Part shown: in pieces, positions 16,003-22,938 of the stretch
How the letters are laid out: the number at the start of each line of letters is the position of its first letter
How positions within the stretch are numbered: position 1 is the first letter of the stretch
Source: an uncultured bacterium
GTDB taxonomy: Bacteria > JAJVIF01 > JAPKYR01
Direction of reading: 5' to 3'
DNA: 25,139 nucleotides
Assembly: GCA_965369865.1 (NCBI GenBank)
Contig: CBDURU010000043.1
Span: 1 to 25,139 of the forward strand
Program-made: the position numbers and the translations under genes
The notes under the pieces: generated by a model
The model's input: the letters and a program-made list of their open reading frames with translations, nothing else
Databases searched by the model: none
What the model was told of the DNA's origin: nothing

Positions 16003-17199
16003 ATGGCAAAACGAACAATAGTAACAATGCCTGGTGATGGAATTGGAGTACACGTTCTTGACCAGGCCTTAAGGGTGCTGGATGCGGTTGGATTTGAAGC
16101 GGATTATGTGCACGCTGATATCGGCTGGGAGTTCTGGAAATCGGAGGGTAATCCACTTCCGGACAGAACCTTAGACCTTTTAGCAAAACATAAACTTGGC
16201 TTGTTCGGCGCGATTACATCGAAGCCGAAAGAACAGGCTGTAGCTGAAATCTCCGACGAGTTAAAGGATAAAGGGTTTGTTTATTACAGCCCGATTGTCG
16301 GTATGAGGCAGCACTTTAATTTGCAACTGTGCATCCGTCCATGCAAGACATTCCCCGGTAATCCATTGAATTTCATACGCCGTGATTCGGGAGGTGGATT
16401 TGAAGAACCGGTAGTCGATGTTGTCATTTTCCGCCAGAATACACAGGGACTTTATTCGGGTGTCGAATGGACGAATCCACCCGCCGATGTACGCGCGGCA
16501 TTTGAGACACATAAGAAAATGGCAGCCTTCAAGGATACGCCATCCGAAGAGCTTGCGATCTCGAGCCGGATTTTCACATGGGATGCGTGCAAGTTTATTG
16601 CCGATAAAGCATTTGAATATGCGGACAAGCACGGTTATAAATCGGTTACCGTATGTGAAAAACCGAATGTCATTCGTGAAACTTCCGGGATGATGGAAAA
16701 AGCGGCAAGGGAAGCTAAAGAGAAATTCCCCAATATCGAGCACTGGTCTACAAACATCGATGCTCAAATGATGTGGATGACCAAGAATCCCGAAACCTAT
16801 GGCGTTATTCTTTGCGGAAACATGTTCGGCGATATCGCATCGGACGGTTTCGCGGGACTGACAGGCGGCCTCGGATTCGCGTTGAGTGGAAACATTGGTG
16901 CGGAAGTCGCAGTATTCGAGCCGACTCATGGATCGGCACCGAAGTATGCTGATTATGATGTCTCGATCGTGAACCCGATCGCGATGATCCTGAGCGCCGC
17001 GATGATGCTGGATCACATCGATGAGATTGAGAAAGCCACTCAGATTAAAGATGCGATCTCTGCTGTCATTAAAGATGGCAAAACTCGCACATACGACATG
17101 ATGAAAATGGCAGGGCGCGCCAATGTCATTGAAAAGGGCGCCGCAAGCTGCGAGCAGATGGGCGACACTATCATTGAAAAATTAAAAGTAAGAGTCTAG
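16003..17199 (+). CDS. Isocitrate/isopropylmalate dehydrogenase family enzyme, probably homoisocitrate dehydrogenase-like
   Basis: PGDGIG, LFGAITS, YYSPIVGMRQ, CIRP, RQNTQGLY, EKPNV, NMFGDIASD, FEPTHGSAPKYA and NPIAMILSAAMMLDH. RBS GGAGG. Confidence 0.9.
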   Translation: MAKRTIVTMPGDGIGVHVLDQALRVLDAVGFEADYVHADIGWEFWKSEGNPLPDRTLDLLAKHKLGLFGAITSKPKEQAVAEISDELKDKGFVYYSPIVGMRQHFNLQLCIRPCKTFPGNPLNFIRRDSGGGFEEPVVDVVIFRQNTQGLYSGVEWTNPPADVRAAFETHKKMAAFKDTPSEELAISSRIFTWDACKFIADKAFEYADKHGYKSVTVCEKPNVIRETSGMMEKAAREAKEKFPNIEHWSTNIDAQMMWMTKNPETYGVILCGNMFGDIASDGFAGLTGGLGFALSGNIGAEVAVFEPTHGSAPKYADYDVSIVNPIAMILSAAMMLDHIDEIEKATQIKDAISAVIKDGKTRTYDMMKMAGRANVIEKGAASCEQMGDTIIEKLKVRV

Positions 17200-17213
17200 A
17201 CAGGAGACACCAG

Positions 17214-17789
17214 ATGATCTCTAAAGCTGATATTGAAGGACTATTCTCAGTCCAACTGGATCAGATCAGTGCTGCCGATATAAAGGAAAAAGTTATTCAG
17301 GCATGGTTAATCGGGTGCGAGCGCGGTGGATGGGAGAGCGTGGATGATTTAAAGAAGATGCCGTTCACACTTCTCACCGATACGCATGGTATCAACTTTA
17401 TCGAACATACGATCGCGGTAACCGATGGCGCAGTAGCCCTGGCAAACGCTCAAACTGAAACATATGCGAAGATGCCGTATGAAATCAATATGGATCGCCT
17501 GGTCGCCGGTGGAATTCTGCATGATGTCGGGAAGCTTCTCGAAATTGAAGCTGATGGCTCAGGGGGTTACAGGAAAAGCCGCAGCGGCATGTGCGCGAGG
17601 CACCCAATATCCGGCGCGATTCTCACTGCTGAAGTAGGCTTGTCAGAAGAAATTGTTAACACGGTCGGATGCCATGCCAAGGAAGGCGATGGACGACCTC
17701 AGGTTGTCGAGACGGTTTTGATTCACCAGGCGGATTTTGCGACCTTTAATCCGCTCGTTATGATGAACAAGGGAATTCTTATTCAGTAG
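17214..17789 (+). CDS. HD-domain (HDIG-type) metalloprotein of unknown function
   Basis: EHT...GILHDVGK...RHP...CHA...QAD metal-ligand pattern. RBS CAGGAG. Confidence 0.88.
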   Translation: MISKADIEGLFSVQLDQISAADIKEKVIQAWLIGCERGGWESVDDLKKMPFTLLTDTHGINFIEHTIAVTDGAVALANAQTETYAKMPYEINMDRLVAGGILHDVGKLLEIEADGSGGYRKSRSGMCARHPISGAILTAEVGLSEEIVNTVGCHAKEGDGRPQVVETVLIHQADFATFNPLVMMNKGILIQ

Positions 17790-17864
17790 TTAATAGTACC
17801 CAGTACATTACCCTGTTAAAAAGAAAGCGGAGCGATAGCTTCGCCGGTAAATTCGGAGTTAATT

Positions 17865-19694
17865 ATGGGTAAAACAATCATTGAGAAGATACTTGGTTCT
17901 CATGCCGGGCACGAAGTGAAACCGGGTGATATCGCGGATATCGAGATTGATGCACGGGTCGCCCGTGACTTCGGTGGTGCGAATGTCGTAAAAAATATTC
18001 GCGACAATGGACTTGGTATTGATGACCCGTCGAAAACATTTTTCACGTTCGACTGCAATCCAGGCGGATCGGACCAGAAATATGCCACCAACCAGCAGAT
18101 CTGCCGTGAGTTTGCCAGAGAGTATGGCATTACGGTGTACGATATCGACAGGGGGATCGGAACGCATCTAGCGATAGATAATGGCCTTGCATGGCCGGGA
18201 TCGACTTTTGTTTCAACCGATTCCCATGCGAATATCCTCGGTGCGATCGGGGCTTTCGGTCAGGGCATGGGAGACCTCGACATCGCCCAGGCCTGGGCGA
18301 ATGGAAGGGTATGGTTCAAGGTGCCGCCATCGCTCAAAGTTATATTGAAAGGCACACCGTCACTGGTTGCTTCACCCAAGGATATAACGCTGGCGATTTT
18401 GAAAGAAACGGGAGCGAACGGTCTTCTTGGATATTCAGCGGAATTTTACGGTGACACGGTTGATGCGTTAGACCTTCCGGGACGAATCACTATGGCGTCG
18501 ATGGTCACCGAAATGGGTGGGATCATCGCCCTGTTTACGCCAAACAAAGCGGTTCTTGATTATTGCAAGAGTGCAACCGGCAGGAAAATTGAGCCGGTAG
18601 TTGCCGATCCCGATGCGGAATACACAAAGACGATAGAAATCGATATTGAAGGACTTCAGCCGTTTATTTCAAGGCCGGGACATCCTGAGGATGTTGTCGA
18701 CGTGGCGAGTGTTAAGGGAACGAAGATTGGATCGGCGTTTCTAGGATCGTGCACGAACGGCAGATTTGAAGACCTGAAAGCCGCGGCGGATATCCTTAAA
18801 GGCAAGAAAGTCGCACCGGGTGTTGTTTTGAAAATCGTTCCGGCGACCGATGAGGTCTGGAAACGGGCACTGGATGAAGGTTTAATCGGAATTTTCAAGG
18901 ATGCCGGTGCGCTTATCGGTAACGCCGGTTGTGCGGGATGCGCAGCCGGGCAGATCGGTCAGAACGGTCCAGGTGAAATTACAATCAGCACAGGTAATCG
19001 GAACTTCGCCGGGAAGCAGGGCAAGGGTGAAGTTTACCTTGCATCGCCCGCGACTGTAGCTGCATCGTCTGTCGCGGGTGTGATAACCCTCGCCAGTGAA
19101 ATCCCCGATGAGCCTGTTCTTTTCAAAACAGGTGATGCCGGTAAGGAAGCTCCCAAGGCTGCTCTTGAAGTTGAAACCGGACTTAAGCCGGTTAGTTTCA
19201 AGGGCAGAGTATGGGTAATCCGCGAGGACAACATCGATACCGATATGATCTACCACAACCGGTACCTTGCGATTACGGATCTCGATGAGATGGGGCAGTA
19301 TACGTTCGACAACCTTAAGGGCTGGGAGGATTTCAGCAAGAAAGCCAGGGCAGGAGATATTGTAGTGGTCGGGAAGAATTTCGGGGCGGGGTCATCCAGG
19401 CAACAGGCAGTTGACTGTTTCAAGAGCCTTGGTATCTCAATGATTATTGCTGAATCGTTCGGCGCGATCTACGAGCGTAACGCTATCAACCAGGGATTCC
19501 CGATTGTGAATGCCGACCTTGTATCGACCAGTCTCGAAAGCGGCCAGGAAATTGAAGTCGACCTTGAGACCGGCAGGATTACTTTGCAATCAGGCGATGA
19601 AATCGATGGACGGCCGTTCTCGGAAGTCCAGATGAATATTTATCGAAGGGGCGGATTATTGAAAACCGTATCGGGGGTGAGCAGTCGTGGGTAA
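17865..19694 (+). CDS. Aconitase-family hydro-lyase, fused LeuC-like large plus LeuD-like swivel domains, atypical active site
   Basis: MGKTIIEKIL, TDSHA, GSCTNGR, GCAGC (three Fe-S Cys) and STGNRNF. After a linker, NIDTDMI, NFGAGSSRQQA and IYERNAINQG. Confidence 0.9.
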   Translation: MGKTIIEKILGSHAGHEVKPGDIADIEIDARVARDFGGANVVKNIRDNGLGIDDPSKTFFTFDCNPGGSDQKYATNQQICREFAREYGITVYDIDRGIGTHLAIDNGLAWPGSTFVSTDSHANILGAIGAFGQGMGDLDIAQAWANGRVWFKVPPSLKVILKGTPSLVASPKDITLAILKETGANGLLGYSAEFYGDTVDALDLPGRITMASMVTEMGGIIALFTPNKAVLDYCKSATGRKIEPVVADPDAEYTKTIEIDIEGLQPFISRPGHPEDVVDVASVKGTKIGSAFLGSCTNGRFEDLKAAADILKGKKVAPGVVLKIVPATDEVWKRALDEGLIGIFKDAGALIGNAGCAGCAAGQIGQNGPGEITISTGNRNFAGKQGKGEVYLASPATVAASSVAGVITLASEIPDEPVLFKTGDAGKEAPKAALEVETGLKPVSFKGRVWVIREDNIDTDMIYHNRYLAITDLDEMGQYTFDNLKGWEDFSKKARAGDIVVVGKNFGAGSSRQQAVDCFKSLGISMIIAESFGAIYERNAINQGFPIVNADLVSTSLESGQEIEVDLETGRITLQSGDEIDGRPFSEVQMNIYRRGGLLKTVSGVSSRG

Positions 19695-20964
19695 AACATT
19701 TGCTGAGAAAGTACTGGCCAAGCACTCAGGCCAGAAGGAGGTAGTACCGGGTCAGATTGTCATCGTTGAGCCTGATTACCTGCTTACACACGACAACACG
19801 GCAGCCATTATCGGCAAGATTGAAAAGGAGCTATCGGAGTACGGCGTGGCTCGTCCGGAAATGCCGGTAATTGTCCTGGACCATGTAATCCCGGCCGCAA
19901 GCGAGAAAACCGCTATCAATCATCAAAAAGCGCGTGAATTCGCTGCAGTTTTCGGAATCAAGAATTTCTATGATTTAGGTCAGGGCGTATGCCACCAGGT
20001 AATGGTGGAGAAGTGCCTTGCTATGCCTGGAAGGATCGTTGTCGGGAGTGACTCCCATACCTGTTCATATGGCGCTGTTGGCACATTCGGTACTGGAATC
20101 GATCGAACGGAAGCTGCCGCTCTACTCCTCAGAGGTAAAATGTGGCTCAAGGTTCCTGAAACCATAAAGGTAGTTTTGTCAGGGGATTTTAATCTCGCCG
20201 TCTCTGCCAAGGACCTGGTGCTCACAATCATACGCGACATCGGCGCCGATGGCGCAAACTATTGTGCCGTGGAGTTTCACGGTAATGTCATCTCGCTCTC
20301 TATCGATGAACGTTTCACGATAGCCAATATGGGAGTCGAGATGGGCGCTAAGATCGCGGTATTCCCGATAGACGAGGTAACGGAAGGTTACCCCTGCTCT
20401 GAGAAAGCGAAATTGGCCAAGTACGATCCTGTCTGGGCAGATCCGGATGCCGAGTACATGCGGGAACTCCATTATGACCTTAGCGAAATTGTTCCCGTCG
20501 TCGCCTGTCCCCATAAAGTGGATAACGTGAAACCGGTCAGCGAAATGGAAGGTCTCCAGTGTCACCAGTTCCTGCTGGGAACTTGCACTAATGGAAGGCT
20601 CAGCGACCTGCAAATCGCTGCGGATATACTTGAAGGTCATCAAATACCACCCGGCGCCAGGCTTCTTGTCCTTCCGGCTTCTAAGGAAGTTTTTGAGGCG
20701 GCGCTCAATCGCGGTATTATCGCCCGTCTGTCTCGTGCGGGTGGCGTAATTCTGCCCCCTGGTTGCGGTCCCTGTCTTGGCGCACACCAGGGTGTACTTG
20801 CTCCCGGTGAGAGATGTCTCAGCACCGCCAACCGTAATTTCAAGGGCCGGACCGGCAGTACTGAAGCCGAAAGATACCTAGCAAGCCCCGCTACCGTCGC
20901 GGCGTCGGCCATCACCGGTCGCCTGACTGACCCAAGGGAAATCGTTGAGGAGCTGTTTCAATGA
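19687..20964 (+). CDS. Homoaconitase / 3-isopropylmalate dehydratase family large subunit (LeuC/HacA-like)
   Basis: MGKTFAEKVL, THDNT, LDH, GVCHQ, DSHT, GTCTNGR, GCGPCLG and STANRNF. GTG start overlaps the previous gene. Confidence 0.92.
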   Translation: MGKTFAEKVLAKHSGQKEVVPGQIVIVEPDYLLTHDNTAAIIGKIEKELSEYGVARPEMPVIVLDHVIPAASEKTAINHQKAREFAAVFGIKNFYDLGQGVCHQVMVEKCLAMPGRIVVGSDSHTCSYGAVGTFGTGIDRTEAAALLLRGKMWLKVPETIKVVLSGDFNLAVSAKDLVLTIIRDIGADGANYCAVEFHGNVISLSIDERFTIANMGVEMGAKIAVFPIDEVTEGYPCSEKAKLAKYDPVWADPDAEYMRELHYDLSEIVPVVACPHKVDNVKPVSEMEGLQCHQFLLGTCTNGRLSDLQIAADILEGHQIPPGARLLVLPASKEVFEAALNRGIIARLSRAGGVILPPGCGPCLGAHQGVLAPGERCLSTANRNFKGRTGSTEAERYLASPATVAASAITGRLTDPREIVEELFQ

Positions 20965-21458
20965 AAGTCTGGAAATATTCTGATGATATAAACACCGATA
21001 TGCTTTTCCCTGGCAAGTATACATATACATGCAGCACCGCTGAGGAAATTAAACCCCACCTCCTGGAAGACCTGGACCCTCAGTTCGCGGGCAATGTCGG
21101 TGAGGGTGACCTGATTTTCGCCGGTAAGAATTTCGGATGTGGAAGTTCGAGAGAGCAACCGGTGCTTGGATTTAAAGCTGTAGGAATTCAGGCGATTGTC
21201 GCTAAAGGTTTCGCGAGGATTTTTTATCGTGCCGCGATCAACCAGGGACTTCTGCTGGTTGAATGTCCTGAAGCGGTCGACGCTTACAAGGACGGAGACG
21301 AGGTTACTCTCGACGCCGAAGCCGGGATGATTACCGTCTCTGGTACAGAATTTTCGTTCCCGAAACTTCCGCCGGAAATTCTCGCGATACGCGATGCCGG
21401 CGGTTTATTGCCTTACACCCTTGCGGCGCTGAAGGAAGAAAGCGCCAGGGGAAATTGA
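20961..21458 (+). CDS. Homoaconitase / 3-isopropylmalate dehydratase family small subunit (LeuD/HacB-like)
   Basis: DINTDMLFPGKYTY, NFGCGSSREQ and FARIFYRAAINQG. ATGA overlap with the large subunit. Confidence 0.92.
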   Translation: MKVWKYSDDINTDMLFPGKYTYTCSTAEEIKPHLLEDLDPQFAGNVGEGDLIFAGKNFGCGSSREQPVLGFKAVGIQAIVAKGFARIFYRAAINQGLLLVECPEAVDAYKDGDEVTLDAEAGMITVSGTEFSFPKLPPEILAIRDAGGLLPYTLAALKEESARGN

Positions 21459-21471
21459 AATGATACAGATT

Positions 21472-21503
21472 ACCGCAAGTCTGATTTGGGCTTGCGGTGT
21501 TTT
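21472..21503 (+). terminator. Hairpin with short U-tract inside the cluster (terminator or mRNA stabiliser)
   Basis: ACCGCAAGTCT-gattt-GGGCTTGCGGT followed by GTTTT. Confidence 0.5.
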
Positions 21504-21519
21504 GAATTAAGTAGAAGGT

Positions 21520-21544
21520 GCCCTCCCTGACGGTCGGGCTACTG
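21520..21544 (-). repeat. Isolated GTAG-type REP-like unit related to 8075-8099
   Basis: Reverse complement CAGTAGCCCGACCGTCAGGGAGGGC versus CAGTACCGCGACCGTCAGTGAGCGG, 20/25 identical. Confidence 0.55.
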
Positions 21545-21559
21545 TAAGGAGACGTTGCT

Positions 21560-22861
21560 GTGCGACTCTACGAATATGAAGCGAAAAAAGTGTTCGGGAC
21601 GATGGGGCTTGCTATTCCCAAAATGTACGGGGTAATCCATTCTCCGGGCGATCTCGACGGATTGGAAATATCATATCCCGCCATGGTCAAGTCAATGGTT
21701 CTGATTGGCGGACGGGGTAAGGCCGGGGGAATTAAGAAAGCAAATGATCTTGCGGAAGCGAAATCAATTGCCGGGGATATGTTTAACCTCACAATCAAAG
21801 GATATCCAGTTGATACCCTGCTGATCGAGGAGATGGCATCGGAAGCGGGAGCGTGCTACGTCGGTATCACCACACATCCTGCAACGTTTAATGTGATCAT
21901 GATGGCCAGCGCCAGGGGCGGTGTTGATATCGAGCAGGTTGCCCTTGAAGATCCCGATGCAATTTTAAAGAAGGAAATTCCAAACAATGACCTTGAACTG
22001 CCTGAAGATATTGCAAACGAATTTTCTGATTTTCTAAACAAGGGACTTAACGGCGATGATACGCTTCTTGCATCCCTCAAGGACGCCGTGAAGACGTTGT
22101 ACGCAACCTACCAGGCATACGACTGCAAGGTCGCAGAGATCAACCCGTTGATAATCACGACTGATAAACAGGCAATTGCCGCGGACGCAAAAGTCGTCAT
22201 TGATGATAACGCCATATACCGCCAGGGCGGATTGTTCGAAATGCTTGGGTTGAAGGAATCGCGGCATGATGTGTCTGAGCTTACGAAAGATGAGCAAAGG
22301 GCCAGGGATGCCGGTTTTCCGTACGTTGATCTCCTGCCTGGGGATACCGAGGAAGATCCGGATAAGCTGTATGTCGGCCTCGTTCCCGGCGGGGCGGGAT
22401 ATGGAATCTTTTCAATCGATGAAGTAGCCAATGTCGGCGACCGGTTTTTCGATGGGAAAGTTGTCCCGGTGAATTTCATGGATTCAGGCGGTGGACCCCC
22501 GCTGAACGCCATAGCGGAGATGTTCCACCTTCTTATGGACAAGAAAATTGTCGACCTGATTATCACTTCCCGGTTCGGGGGGATTTCAAGTTGCGATGTT
22601 TTCATCCGTGGAACGATCAAGGCACTTAGAGACCGTTACGAAAAGGGCCAGAGGATGTTACCAGTGGTCGGCAGGATGGTTGGTACGGAACTTCCCAGCG
22701 CGAGGGAATACCTCGAAAAGGCAAAAGCTGAGACACCCGAAGCCCTGGAATACCTGGACATCATAGTCGGGAACGAAAAAATTATGGCCGATGTAATCAA
22801 GGACGGTATCACCCTTGGATTTGAAGTAAAGGAAAAGCAAACTGCAACTGCAGCTAAATAG
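21560..22861 (+). CDS. ATP-grasp acyl-CoA synthetase beta subunit (SucC / citryl-CoA synthetase large subunit / AclB superfamily)
   Basis: MRLYEYEAK, VKSMVLIGGRGKAGGIK, GGVDIE, AEINPL, AADAKVVIDDNAIYRQ, GGAG, NFMDSGGG and FGGI. RBS AAGGAG with GTG start. Confidence 0.9.
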   Translation: MRLYEYEAKKVFGTMGLAIPKMYGVIHSPGDLDGLEISYPAMVKSMVLIGGRGKAGGIKKANDLAEAKSIAGDMFNLTIKGYPVDTLLIEEMASEAGACYVGITTHPATFNVIMMASARGGVDIEQVALEDPDAILKKEIPNNDLELPEDIANEFSDFLNKGLNGDDTLLASLKDAVKTLYATYQAYDCKVAEINPLIITTDKQAIAADAKVVIDDNAIYRQGGLFEMLGLKESRHDVSELTKDEQRARDAGFPYVDLLPGDTEEDPDKLYVGLVPGGAGYGIFSIDEVANVGDRFFDGKVVPVNFMDSGGGPPLNAIAEMFHLLMDKKIVDLIITSRFGGISSCDVFIRGTIKALRDRYEKGQRMLPVVGRMVGTELPSAREYLEKAKAETPEALEYLDIIVGNEKIMADVIKDGITLGFEVKEKQTATAAK

Positions 22862-22938
22862 ACCCGGTGAAAAGTTTTAAATCAGTATCTGATTAAGTAT
22901 TTACTATTGAGATTTAACCGCCTGACAGGAGAAAAGAA

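Noticed and set aside
16003..21458. Leucine biosynthesis operon (leuBCD)
   Set aside because: No leuA or ilv genes in the window, motifs are closer to homoaconitase/HICDH, and the OFOR and ligase-lyase context is unexplained by leucine synthesis.
16003..21458. Standard LysW-dependent lysine biosynthesis operon
   Set aside because: No homocitrate synthase, lysW, lysX, lysY, lysZ, lysJ or lysK in the window. They could lie elsewhere, so a biosynthetic role is unsupported rather than excluded.
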